A DNA stretch of 64,000 bases from Camelus dromedarius (lineage: Eukaryota), in NCBI RefSeq assembly GCF_036321535.1, contig NC_087437.1:110982001-111046000 (forward strand), given 5' to 3'. Position numbers and translations under genes: made by a program. Position 1 is the stretch's first letter; each line of letters opens with the position of its first letter. The notes below the pieces were generated by a model. The model made no database searches. It was given only the letters and a program-made list of their open reading frames with translations, and had not been told where the DNA came from. Below are positions 48,686 through 61,317 of this stretch, piece after piece.

Positions 48686-49005
48686 CCAGAAACTTCAGTT
48701 CTGTAAACTGAAGGAAGTGTCAGCAGAGATCATGTCCTTTGGTTCTAGCTGTCTAGAATTCTCCTAGGGCCTTCCAGCTCCAGTTATGGTCCACTTCTAA
48801 AGGTACAGCTGTTGCCCATGCAATGTCCCAAGGACTATGTCTTGATGACTCTAAGGGAAAGAAGTTGGCATTTTTCCTCCATCATTTGGATGTCAGTTTT
48901 GTATGTCAAATGGGAATTATTGCTTTTGATGACAAAGACATGGAATGAAGTCAGTGAAGGAATTAATTGGGCTTTTGTTCATTCAGTGGATTCCCACTGA
49001 AGCAT

Positions 49006-49376
49006 TGTGATGGTTAATTTCATATGTCAACTTGGCTAGGCTATGGTACCAGTTGTTTGGTCAACCACCAGTCTAGATGTTGCTGTCAAGGTATTTTTTG
49101 TAGATGTGGTTAATATTTAAATGAGTAGACTTGAGTAAAGTAGACTACCCTGCGTAATTGGGTGAGCCTCACCCAATCAGTTGAAGACCTTAAGAGAAAA
49201 GACTGAGGTCCCTAGAAGAAAAAGGAATTCTGTCATCAGCCTGCCTTCAAACTCAAGACTGCAAAATTAACTCTTCCCTGGGTCTCCTGCCTACCAGCCT
49301 GCCCTACATGTTTAGGACTTGCCAGCCCCCATAATCAAATGAGCCAATTCCTTGAAGTCAATCTCCCTTATGCACA

Positions 49377-49409
<33 letters not shown>

Positions 49410-49472
49410 TACATACATACATATACATACATCCTATTGATATTGTTTCTCTGGAGATCCTTGACAGATAGA
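49006..49472 (+). mobile_element. ERVL solo LTR, MLT2 family, with (CA)n
   Basis: TGTGATGGTTAATTTCATATGTCAACTTGGCTAGG...CCAATCAGTTGAAG...GTTTCTCTGGAGA. Confidence 0.88.
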
Positions 49473-50060
49473 GCCATTTTGCAGGATAAAAACAGTAGTC
49501 TGCTTTCGCAGGAACTTAGTTTTAAGAACTATATAAAAGGCTGGAATTTAGTATTGCCAAAATTACTCCCATGAACCTTAAGTTCTCAACGAGGGGCCGT
49601 CTTAACAGAGTATGTTGATGAGTGATATGTCAGCTGTCCAAAACAGTCCTTTGCCTTGACCCCAGAGATGAGCAGATTGATGACTGTGTGTGTTTTCAAC
49701 TGAGCATCAGCTGAAGTAATTGCTTGGGTATTCAGGGCCTTGTTACAGAAGAAAGCAATATATACTTAAAATAGTAGAATCACACTCACAAGGTGAGATG
49801 ATCACACCATGAGAGTTACCTAGAAACTGAGAGCTTGTGAAAGAATATTTGATTCAAATCTCCAATCTTCCCCTTCTCCAGGCTGTAAACTTATTGATGG
49901 GAATAACAGGCAAAAACCTCCTTCATTATGTAAATTCATATTCTCTCTGACTCTCAGTCTCTGTTTGCCCCTCCCCCTAATGCACATATATAATTGATTT
50001 CCAGCGAGTTATATGTAAATGTATGTTGGATGTGACTCTACTACATATTAAGAGTAATGG

Positions 50061-50400
50061 TGTATACATTAAGACTGAGAGAGTGTGGAGAAAAGGGAAC
50101 CCTCCTACACTGTTGGTGGGAATATAAAGTGGTATAGCTACCATGGAAAATAGAATGGAGGTTCTTTAAAAAAATAAAAAAAGAATTACCATATGATCTA
50201 GCCATCCCACTCCCTGGCATATAACCAGAAAAGATGAAAGCTCTACTTCAAAAAGACACCTGCACCCCAGTGTTCACAGCAGCACTATTTACAATAGCCA
50301 AGACATGGAAGCAACCTAAGTGTCCATCAACAGATGACTGGATAAAGAAGATGCAGTGTGTGTGTCTGTATAAAATATATATATTATATATATCCATTGT

Positions 50401-50437
<37 letters not shown>

Positions 50438-50827
50438 GGAATATTACTCAGCTGTAAAAAGAATGAAACAATGCCATTCACAGCAACAAGGATGGACCTA
50501 GAGGTTATCACACTAAGTGAAGTAAGTCAGACAGAGAAAGACAAATACCACGTGATATCACTTGTATGTTTGTCTCAAAAAAAAATGAGACAAATGAACT
50601 TATTTATAAAACAGAAACAGATTCACAGACATAGAAAACAAACTTATGGTTACCAAAGGTGGGGAAAAGTGGGGGTGGTGGGTATAAATCTGGAGGGTAT
50701 GGGGTTATTAGATACACACTACCATATATAAAAGATATTAAAAAAAAACAAAGATTTACTGTATAGTACAGAGAACTATATTCAATATCTTGTAATAAAC
50801 TATAATGGAAAAGAACTGGAAAAAAGA

Positions 50828-50868
<41 letters not shown>

Positions 50869-50944
50869 TATCTCTCCAAATCACTTTGCTGTACACCTGA
50901 AACTAACACAATATTGTAAATCAACTATACTTCAACTAAAAACA
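50061..50944 (+). mobile_element. 5'-truncated relatively young L1 (ORF2 C-terminus and 3' UTR)
   Basis: ORF 50234-50731 contains KDTCTPVFTAALFTIAKTWKQPKCPSTDDWIKKM. TSD AAGAGT(A/G)ATGG at 50050-50060 and 50945-50955. Internal (CA)n and (TA)n runs. Confidence 0.95.
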
Positions 50945-51824
50945 AAGAGTGATGGCCTGGGCTGCTGTCAGATTTACTAAATAAATTTCCTGAGACTATA
51001 GTGTGCTATTAAAGTGGCCTGATTTTGCATTGAAACACCCCTTCATAAACGTCCCCAAAGGAGCCATCAATCATTTGAGCTGGGTAGAAATGTGAAAGAG
51101 ACCTCTCTGATCTTGGCACAAAAATGCCAGCATAGGTAGACTCATGGGAAGTCTGTCCTACGAATAGCAGAGTGGACTCTGTAACCATCAGTCTAAGTCC
51201 AAATGCTTCCAAAGAATAAAGAAGTGAAACCATTGACTTCCCGGTGAACAGAAAGCCCTACAACTTCATAGACTACTGTAAAATCACAAATGTAATCTAC
51301 TTTTAGCATATAAATGACATTTACAGAGATGGAAAAGCAATTATGCTTACACTAAAAAATAATACCCTACTGTTTCTTTTCATAATACTGGTAAAAGGTT
51401 TAGTTATGATTCCTAATAGCCAGCTAGTTTTTATGGCACGTACATCTCATGAGACATAAAATATACATATAATACAACACCTGTATTCACTGGAAAAAGG
51501 CAGCTTCATTCTTCTCAGGGTCTCTGAAAAATTTCAAGTGTAGTTTTGTGCATACCAAAGGAGGCTGGAAAATTCTGATTAATGTCTTGTTATTTTTCTT
51601 CTCCGACGTCTTTAGATAAATTAAGCTAATTTATCTTTTTTTTTCTTTTCTCTCTCTCTCTCTTTTTTAAGTAGTTCCAGAGGTAAATTAGACCTCTGTT
51701 TTTATAGGCTATGAAAATGTGTAGCCAGCTTCTAAGATGGCCCCTATGATCCTTGCCTCCTTGTGTTTACGCTTTTCTGTTCTCTCCTCCCACCTAGTCT
51801 GGGCCAACCTACATGATCAATGGA

Positions 51825-52009
51825 ATACTTCATACAATGTAAACACTCCGTAAAGAGTTGTAAATACAACGTAAATGCTATATAAATAGGTGCTGCCTTG
51901 CAGTAAATTCAAGTTTTGCTTTCTGGAATTTTTTTTCTGGAATATTTTCAATCCATGGTTGTTTGAATCCACAGATGCAGAACTCGAGGACATGGAAGAC
52001 CGACTGTAA
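51825..52009. mobile_element. Tigger/MER2-like DNA transposon end
   Basis: AATATTTTCAATCCATGGTTGTTTGAATCCACAGATGCAGAAC...GACCGACTG followed by TA. Confidence 0.75.
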
Positions 52010-52149
52010 TCCTATTTTATCTGAGACCCTAGAATGAGACCTAAAGTACCCACCCTCCCAAACCACGAACTCATTAGGGTACTCAGCCAGAAGAGAAAGT
52101 TCCTCCCCTGGGAACAATGTGTCTCTCACCACTGGAGGTAGCTATGGCT

Positions 52150-53140
52150 CCAACGCCTTACTCTGAAAATTGACCATTGACGGGAAATAACTGAACATTC
52201 TTCTTACCTTCCCTTTAGAAACTATATTTCAGGGTGACCAAAATAGGCCAGAGTGATGTGAAAAGCCTCTTCTTTACAGGAGAATGCCAGCTCATAATTG
52301 TAGAAAAAATCATAGCATGAAATCACCATTTTGCAAACTGTAATAAAATCATTAAAACAGGCCACAGTGATAAATAGAAGAGAAAACCTTTGGGTGAAAG
52401 ACTGGTAGGGAAGCAGAGTGACAAGTGTCAGGCCAGAGATTACTTGCTGGTTAAAGAGGGAAATACAATTCTACCAGAAGGTATCAGGTCTCATCACCGG
52501 AACTCGCCAAATCTTAGCATCACTAGTAACGGGGCAATCCGATATTTCAAGCATCTTGGTGTGTTGAAATACAAAGCATGAGACGTCATCTTTGAAACAG
52601 CCTTACCAAAAATGTTTAATATTTTTGTTAAGTCTGAGCAGTATTTTAGATCTAAATTCCATGTGACAGGAAGACAGGTTAAATGACTCCATGAGAGAGC
52701 AACCCACCAAATCTAGAATGTGGGACATTTTGCAGAAAAACTGATTTGGCTTTCTCAAGAAGACAATGGAATTAAACAAAGGAAAAGCAGGGGATTGTTC
52801 AACATGAACTCAAACCAACCAGCAATAATAAAGTGGTTTGTTCAAGGACAACTGGGAAAATTTGAATATGTGCTGTGTGTAAAATGGTATTAGGGAATTA
52901 ATTTCCTTATGCGTGACAAAGGAATTACGGTTCTGAAAGACACTGTCTTCTTTATTTAGGGTTGAGATGCTATGATGTTTGTAATTTACTTTAAGATGCT
53001 TCAGGAAATTATATAAAACAAAACAGGAAGCAAAAAAAGGGGCAAAATGATCCCTGTTAAATCTAAGTGATGGGTTCATTAAGTCATTCTCTATACTTTT
53101 CTGAATATTTGAAAATCTTTGTATACAAAAGTTAAAAAGG
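52150..53140 (+). mobile_element. Old L1 (L1MC/ME) 3' UTR
   Basis: CCAAATCTAGAATGTGGGACATTTTGCAG...GACAACTGGGAAAATTTGAATATG...GTTAAATCTAAGTGATGGGT. Confidence 0.65.
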
Positions 53141-53764
53141 GTCTGAGAGGCCCCCTGGGAAGAAGAAATTCAGGGGTTTTAGGAATCGTTTAACATCTTA
53201 AAAATCACATCCAAACAGAAATTGATGGGTATAATTCTCACTGATGCATTTATCTTTGCATTAAGCCTGTCACAAAAAGACTGGTTACAAAATTTTAAAA
53301 ATAAATAAATAAAACAAAATGGCAGGGGGTGGGGGTGGGGAGACTGTTTACTCAATCCAGGAAGACAATGTAACTAACAGTTGTTTGAAATTCTGCGTCA
53401 GGAAAGCAAACTGGCCAGGCCCTTGGTGTGCTGGAGTGGATCAGGCCAGGGACTGAGAGCCTTGGGTTCTAGCCCTGAGGTTCCAATTGTTACTTCTCAC
53501 CTGAACCTGAGTGTTCTTACTCCAAAGTGGGGAGCTGCATCTATTCAACTCCGCAAGCATTTCTCAACCAGGTACAGTGTCCCAGCACTGGGTCAGGTGC
53601 TGACAGGATGAAGGGGGGGTCCTACAGAGCTAATCATTCAGTAGGAAAAACAGACAGAAAGGCAGCAGGACAGACAGTAGTAGCCAAGCCAGCCAGGCGC
53701 TGATCTGGGCTAGAAACATAGACAATCAAAGCACAGAAAAGATTACTCAGAACTGAAAGAGACA

Positions 53765-54200
53765 CCAGTGGTATTTTGTAATTGCAGCCCAATCAGACTA
53801 AGACAGGTGCATAAAACAGAACACACAGGATTACGAAGGGAACATTGCTGAACGCCAAAATGCATTTAAAATCTGTGATATGTAATATATCTGCTTTTTG
53901 ATGAACGCATTAAATAACAAGCTCTAGCGATGAATCTAATAACTTCTATGATTTTGAGGGAGTGATGAATGTAAATAGTACTCTGCACCAGATGTAATGT
54001 GATGTAAAACACCTGGAATTCCCATCGGTAGCATAGCCATTGGTGTTGCTGTGGTTTGTTCTCTGACTCGTAGTTGAAGAGGGTGTTCAGTTTCAGCTGG
54101 AGGTTGGTGAAAATAATCACCTAGCTGCCTTCCCAGCTACGTTTAAGACCCCCTGAATTCTATCCAAGGACACCTTGAGGACACCAGTTAGGCACTTCTG
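53765..54200. mobile_element. Charlie1-like hAT transposon fragment
   Basis: GGTGTTGCTGTGGTTTGTT...TTTCAGCTGGAGGTTGGTGAAAATAA...GACCCCCTGAATTCTATCCA. Confidence 0.65.
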
Positions 54201-54389
54201 AGCACGAAGCTGTCCAGCTTATTCTGAAAACAGGTCCAGCATTGATGGATGAATTTTAGAATCTTGCCGAGTTCAGGGGAGACGCATTTTCTTTGAGAAG
54301 TCCGAGTTTATTGATTCTTTGGGGTGAATGAGTTTGGGAGCAGGAGATTCACCTAGGCTCCTAGTATCTCCCTACAGCTGAGTTATTAA

Positions 54390-55150
54390 TGGTACAGAGG
54401 AAAAAGCACCTTTGTAGTGGAGAACTATCCCAGACATCATAATGTGAACGACCACCGCAAGTGTCCAACGTTCAAACGCATCAGTAGGAGGACACACCGA
54501 GATCACGTCACTCCAGACCCAAAATGTATAACCGAACCAGAATAATCTCAAGTATACAATCAGACAAGCCCAAACTGAGGGGCCCCCTACCTGTTCTCTT
54601 CAAAAATGTCCATGTCATGACAAAGAAAGGCTGAGGGAACTGTTCCAGATTAGGGGAGACTAATGAGGTTGACAATTAAATGTCTTGCTTAATCCAGGAC
54701 TGGAGCCCAACTTGAAAACAAAGGGTTATAAATGATATTATTGGGACAACTGGCAAAATATGTTATGCAATAATATTGTATTAATATTAATTTCTTGAAG
54801 TTGACGATTTCCCTGAGATTATGTAAGAGAACGCCTTTGTTCTTAGGAGCTATATTCTAGATTATTTGGGTGTAAAGGGGACATATTAGACTTAATGGTT
54901 CAGCAAAAGTCAGTCTCTATACATATTAGATACACAGGTATAGATATTGTGTGCATATATCCATATATTTCTATAGACACACGTACACATATGTACGTAT
55001 GTGGAATGGAAAGAGAGAGAGAAGGGTCTGAGCAAATGAGACAAAAATGTTAACAATTGGTGAATCTAGATGAAAGGCATAAAGAGGTTCGTTGTCCCGT
55101 TGTTCCAACTTTTTTGTGGGTTGGAATGTTTTCCAAATATAAAGCTAAAG
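54390..55150 (+). mobile_element. Old L1ME-like 3' UTR
   Basis: AATCAGACAAGCCCAAACTGAGGG...GGAACTGTTCCAGATTA...AAAATGTTAACAATTGGTGAATCTAGATGAA. Confidence 0.7.
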
Positions 55151-55644
55151 GGAAGGAAAGCCCACCACCCGGAGTCAGCTACTACAAAGGCTTCAGCCAC
55201 CCTCATTCCGATCAACAACAGAGGCTTCGTTAATTAGCTGACGCACGTTAGAAGTCAGTTTTCACTGTGGAATCACAGGGCTCAGACAGGGGGGTTGGCT
55301 GGGGTTACCAGGAAGGCCCCCCAGGCATGAGCAGGGGATAAGAATCCGGCCAGTCCTGTGGCCTGAGCCCCTCTGAGCAGCACCTGGGGTTGAAGATTCG
55401 GGACCACGCACATGTGCAGACGTTCATGGGAGGCGTCTGTTCCCGAGTCCCGAGGCCTGAGCACTGCATCTGCCCTGAGCGAACCTTTCAGGGAAGGAAG
55501 CTTGGAGGCTGAGACCCTGAGCCGGACACCCTGGAGCTGCTAGGCGAGGTGCCGAGGGTTACTGGGTCGGCCTGCTCATGAGTATGTGTGGCAGATTTCA
55601 GTCTGAGATACGGTTTTTTTCCAGACTTCCTCCTTCTCCTCATA

Positions 55645-57450
55645 TTATTATTTTATAGCTTTATTGGGGTATACTTTAGGGTTCTATGCATTTGGTAAAT
55701 ATACAGTCCTGCAACCACTGTATTTGTTTAGAGCTCTTCCGTCCCCCGGAGAAGTTCCAACCTGCATCTTTGCTCTCATTGCTGCCCTCATCTGGACCAC
55801 AAGGTACTACTGATCTGCTCTCTGTCCCTATGGCTTTGCCTTTTCTAGCATTTCCTCTGAATGGAATCATGTCCAGAGGTAAACTTTTGTGTCTGACTTC
55901 TTTCAGTGCAATGTTTCTGAGATTCACCTGTGTTGTGTGTTATGTGCTGTGGTTTTGATTCAAGTTTCCCTAACAATTAGTGATGCTGGGTATCTTTTCA
56001 TGTGCTCATTGGCCATTTCTATAACTTCTTTGGAGAAATGTCTATTCAAGACCTTCGCTCATTTTTTAATGGTCTTGTTTTTGATGTTGTTGAGTTTAGG
56101 AGTTCTTTATATGTTCTGTATATCAACCCCTTATAAGATATATAAGCAGGCGGGTGTAGCTCAGTGGTAAAGCACATGCTTAGCATGCACACGGTCCTGG
56201 GTTCAATCCCCAGTACCTCCATTAAAAAATAAAAGATAGATAAATTGTAAATATGTTCTCCCATTCTATGGGCTGCCTTTTCACTCGCTTGATAGTATCC
56301 TTTGGTGCACAAAAGCTTTAAATTTTGATGTAGTCGTTAGTCTTTTAAAATCTGAAACAGATTCCCTGGCCTTTCTTTACCTTTCATGACATTGACATTT
56401 TTGGAGAGGACAGGCCACTATTTTGTAGAATGCCTTCAACTTGGGTTTATATAATTGTTCCTCATGATTTAGTTCAGGTTGTGCGTTTTTGGCAGGAATA
56501 CTATATCTGGGATCTTGTGGTCTTTTCAGTGCGTCCATCAGGAGGCATGTCACCACTTTGTCCTATTATTGAGATGTTGATTTTAATCTCTTGACTAAGT
56601 AAGTATGGTAAGTCCGGTAAGTATGTAACTGAGAAGTAATCTGGGGGAACAGCTTTCAGGTTGTATACATATTATAAATATCCCCTTCCCCAACAAACTT
56701 TAACTCAGTAGGTTTAGCATCCATTATGTCAAGCCTGAGTCAGTGATGATATCAATGATTTGCTATGATGTGTGAAAAGTGGTGACTTGATTTTCTACTT
56801 GTATTAGTCTCCCTACATTTATTAGTTGGCATTTTACTGTCCCTTATGATGAAAGAAGAGCTTTCTTTACTTTTCCTGTTTATGTGTTCTTTGGTATCAT
56901 TCTGATTCACAGATTCTTTTTTACTCAATGTGCTATGACATCTATAATCATTTTAGTGAACTCTGTTCTTGTTTTGTTTTGCTTTCTTCATGCAACCATA
57001 TAGCTGGCTTTCCCTCTGTATCAGTTCATGGAGTTCCTCCTTGTCAGTTTTTATAGCAATGTGGTATTTCATTGTGCTATAATTTAGTCAAACAATTTCT
57101 TATATATGGACATTTAGGTTGTTTTTAATATTCTGAATTACCATTTATGCTGTAATAAATAACCATTACAATTGTTTGTATTGTTAGAGGTAATTCAGGA
57201 TAGTACTGAGAAGTGATATCTCTAGGTCAAAGAGTAAATGCTGTGTCATTTTCTTAGTTATTGCTCACTTCCCCTCAACAGGGGATGAGGCATTTTGTAC
57301 TCCCACCAGTCATGTTATGTGAGTGCCCACTTCCTCACAGCCTCACCACAGAGTGGTTTGTCAAGATTTTGAGTTTTTGCCATTCTGATGAATGACAGGT
57401 GCATTGTAACTTGGGTTTGTCTCCTCATGTGCGTAGAGTTTGCATTCTTC
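55645..57450 (-). mobile_element. Antisense L1 fragments (L1MB and older L1M)
   Basis: TTCTTTGGAGAAATGTCTATTCAAGACCTTCGCTCATTTTTTAAT...GGACATTTAGGTTG...CATTTTGTACTCCCACCAG. Confidence 0.8.
56146..56231 (+). mobile_element. Vic-1-type SINE nested in L1
   Basis: GGGTGTAGCTCAGTGGTAAAG...GGTTCAATCCCCAGTACCTCC, flanked by AAGATA(T/G)ATAA. Confidence 0.9.
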
Positions 57451-57841
57451 CACCCAGTAAGTGGCTGTGAAGATCTTATTTTAGAGAAATGGCTTTGACT
57501 CAGCTTCAGGTACCTATTCTTTGGCCCCAACACCTCTCACCTCCCTGTATAGACAGATGAGGTTAGTCAGACTGTAGGCATGGGGTCCTCACTGTCACCA
57601 TCACTGTCAAATGTGTCTCATGTTTACGTGAGGATGCACTCAGTCCACTGGTGCCAAGAGGGGGCATTTGCATGGAGCTGGACAACTTACACAGCCCTGT
57701 CCCATCCCAGTCCCCACAGCAACCTCCTCCAGAGGGCACACAGATAACACTCTCCTCACTGAGCACTGAGGCAAAGGCACCTTCATCAAAGAGATGAAGT
57801 GGTTCACTCAGCCCAATAGGAGAGTCCAGGACCAGAGACCA

Positions 57842-58673
57842 TGTGTTCAAAGTTAAGGCACAGTCCCTAAGACTACCTTCACTTCTGACACCAACGGCCG
57901 GTCCGGGGGTCCCCACAACCACTGTCAAATTCAGTAAGTCACTAGAAGGACTCTCCGAACTCGCTGAAAGCTATTACACTCACAATTATGGTTTATTACA
58001 GCAAAAAGATACAGATGAAAATCAGCCAAGAGAAGAGACACACAGGGTAGAGTCAGGAGAGGTCCATCCTTGACGTCCAGGTAAACAAATGTCACTGAAC
58101 AGGACCCTTCCTGGGACAGACCCCCTCCCCACCACGTGCCCTGCTTTAGTTCCTCCCTGAAGTACCCACATAACAATATCTGGTGCACATTTTCTGAGCT
58201 ATTTCATAGATGCTAAAACCCCCACCAAACAGAAGAAGTTAACTACTGGATAACCACGAGCATGTACTCCCCAGCCCTACTGGGTCTGAGGATTGAAAAT
58301 GTAACCCCTGTGACACTGCCCTGTGCCCTCACCATCAACCAATCAGGGAACTGTGCACAAGCTGATCACATAACTGGGGCTCCACTCCCTCACCTGGCCT
58401 TTAAAAATGCCTCCCTGAAACCCAAGCGGTTTGGAGCACTAGCTGCCCTGAACTCCTCAGCTCATGCCTCGCAATAAACGCTGCACTTCCCGTCACCACA
58501 ACCCGGTGTCAGTAGATTGGCTTTACTGCGTGTGGATGAGCAGACCCAAGTTTTCAGTAACACAAAGGCACTTTGATCAGGCAGGAGAGTCTAAGGGCTT
58601 AGTGATCACCTCCCGGGAGACGGGGGCAAAGACCAGAGCTCTCTCTCGGCAAGGTTAGATTCTTTATCATACA
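57842..58673 (-). mobile_element. MER21-like LTR interrupted by an ERV1 LTR
   Basis: TCACTTCTGACACCAAC...ACTAGAAGGACTC...GGTTTATTACAGCAAAAAGATACAG...GGCAAGGTTAGATTCTTTATCATACA. Confidence 0.7.
58090..58562 (+). mobile_element. ERV1-class solo LTR nested in MER21-like LTR
   Basis: TGTCACTGAACAGG...AATAAAC...TTTTCAGTAACA. Perfect 4-bp TSD CAAA at 58086-58089 and 58563-58566. Confidence 0.88.
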
Positions 58674-58679
58674 GTGCCC

Positions 58680-59619
58680 TCTGAAATGACATTCACACTT
58701 TATGGCAAGAAGGGAAAAACTTAAACATAAAACATTCCTCTCTGCCCTTTGGCCTCCTCTCTCCCCCACTGTGCGCCGTGTATCTGCATTACGTGTGGAC
58801 CAGACCCCCCCCCATCAGCAGAGACACCCGCTCAACCATAAAGAGCAGCATTCTCCCCACAGCAAGACCACTCCTCAAAGATAACATTCCTTCTTGGTCT
58901 TATAAGGGGTCACATGACCCACCAGGACGACCCACTTAGATCTGGATTGTGTAAACTGGTAGGCCAGCTGAGGTCCTTCAGTGTCCAACGACCCCCATGT
59001 CCAGGCTCTCCGATATCTGCCTGTGGTCCCTCAACAGATTAAGTACATTATTTACTGGGCGTCTTTCCCTTAACAAACTAAGAGCCCCAGGTAATGTCTA
59101 ATCTCACAATAGCTCAGGCTGGCTCGTTTCAGCCCAGCTTATTAGAGCCATAAACCCCACCCTAAACCTCTTACCTCATCTACAACCAATCAGGGATTTG
59201 AGCACAAGCCGATCCGGCACCTTGTGACCCTACCTTATAAGAGACCCCAGTAACTGGCCCTCGGTGCTCACACAGGCACCACTCATCTGAGTGGCCTGCT
59301 GTTGTCTATGGCAGGGTCACCTAATACATTCCTTTTCTATTCTCATACTTTATCTCTGGCAAATTCTTTTACCAACCTGTGTGTCACCATGACACCGACC
59401 GGCCACCACGCTGTGCCCACAGTATAAACTGTCAATAACATGTCATTTGATGTACCTCTGTACATCAAAAAACTTACAAGCCTGTGCCTTGTTTTCTAAC
59501 TGGTGGGACAGTTCTCTGAATATTCAGAGATGCTCTTCCTGGGTTATAATCCTCAAATTTGGCTTGAATAGAATTTTTCCATTTCTTTCTTAGATTAACT
59601 GATTAATTTTTTGTCGACA
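58680..59619 (+). mobile_element. ERV1-class solo LTR (family B) with nested LTR
   Basis: Homologous to the 48306 and 61988 copies. Ends ATTAATTTTTTGTCGACA. TSD GCCC at 58676-58679 and 59620-59623. Confidence 0.85.
58957..59421 (+). mobile_element. LTR-like insertion nested in family-B LTR
   Basis: Absent from the other two family-B copies. Contains CCAATCAGG, CTTATAAG and an AATACA signal, ends CCCACA, and is flanked by GT(G/A)TAAAC. Confidence 0.7.
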
Positions 59620-59820
59620 GCCCTTTCCTTGTAATACATTCATGGCAGTGCAAGTACCTGCTCATGACCTTGGAGGAAGAGCCCAGCTTGCACACCCACG
59701 TACCTGGAATGAAGAGGAATCCCACCTGGATAAAACAGCAGGGCTGGAACACAGAAACCGACAGCCAGTCTGCAAAAAAAAAAAATCCAGTAGAGTCTGG
59801 TTATTAAGAATTCTCATCCA

Positions 59821-59857
59821 AAAGAAGTTGTGGTGTGTATATATATGTGTACACATA

Positions 59858-59895
<38 letters not shown>

Positions 59896-60361
59896 GGAAT
59901 ACTACTCAGCCATAAAAGGAATAAAATAATGCCATTTGCAGCACATGAATGGAGCTGGAAATCATCATTCTAAGTGAAGTCAGAAAGAGAAAGAAAAATA
60001 CTATATGATATCACTTATATGTGGAATCTAAAAAAAAAAAAGACACAAATCAACTTATTTACAAAATAGAAACAGACTCATAGACATAGAAAATAAACCT
60101 ATGGTTACTGGGGAGGAAGAGGGTGGGAAGGGATAAACTGGGAGTCTGAGATTTGCAGATACTAACTACTATAATAGAAAATAGATAAACAACAAGTTTC
60201 TACTGTATAGCACAGGGAACTATATTCAATATCTTGTAGTAACCTGTAATGAAAAAGAATATGAAAAGGAATACATGCATGTATGTGTATGTATGACTGA
60301 AACATAATGCTGTACACAAGAACTTGACACAACACCGTACACTGGCTATGCTTCAATTAAA
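59821..60361 (+). mobile_element. 5'-truncated young L1 3' end
   Basis: ATGGAATACTACTCAGCCATAAAA...CTATGCTTCAATTAAAAA. 15-bp TSD AAGAATTC(T/A)CATCCA at 59806-59820 and 60362-60376. Confidence 0.93.
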
Positions 60362-61317
60362 AAGAATTCACATCCAGTGTTTTCCTCCATCCATCAGTTA
60401 TGGAAGGAAAGCCCTCTAGTCTGTTGAGTCAGGCCCTGCTGGCCTCACTATCATTCTCTGATTTGATTGCATCCAGGACCCATAGGTGGCACCGATTTTC
60501 GGTTTGGGCAACAAATAATTTTTAAAAGCCAAAAAAAAAAAAAAAAGGAATCTGAAAGATTAACAAACCTCTTTCTTCTATCAAATTACATTTTGCAGTA
60601 GGGTGATGTTACAATGAAAATTGCCCTTCAATTTGTACAAAAGATGTAAGTTCGTACACCTCCTTATTCACCGTGGGACTGTTAATGACAGTTGGAAAAA
60701 ATCTGCCTCCTCCAAATGGGACAAAGTTCAACGGAGATGAGGCCGAGCCTTACTATTTAGGGATGGGGGAGGGGAGAGGAAAGGAAGACAAATTCCGGCC
60801 TGGGGGGGACGGGGGATGGGGAGAAAGGGCTGTCAGCGAGAGGAGCTGGGAGTGAGGAGAAAAGCTTTGCACTGTACCCCAGTCTTTCTCCACACACCCT
60901 GGACTGCCTCAAATGAGGGGGAGAGAGTTTCTTTCCTCTCGAGTTCCCCCAGCCCACCCGAGGTCCTGTTCAGGATTTCCATCTCCTCCAGCCTTCCTCA
61001 GATAGGCAGCCGGGCCCACAGGCAGATGTTCTGTTTCTTCATGACAGAAGGTAAAAAAGACCCAAACCCAACACTTGGGTTCCCAAAGCCTTGGTGGGCG
61101 CTTGTTTTGGGCATAAGAGTGAAATTTTGCTCCTGCCCCCTCCCCCCCCCCCCGTTTCATTCCCACAGAGGAACCAGAAGGCTCCTCCCAGGGACATCTT
61201 AATTATTCATTAGAACATATTTACTGAGCACCTATTAGGGCCAAGCGTTGGTGGGAGCGATGATGGGGAGACACAGACAATAAAAATAAACAGACAAAGA
61301 ATCCAAAGAGTTTGAAT

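Noticed and set aside
47381..61317. Full provirus between the two minus-strand family-A LTRs
   Set aside because: No PBS/PPT or gag-pol-env remnants seen. The interval holds older repeats, each LTR has its own TSD, and the LTRs differ in structure.
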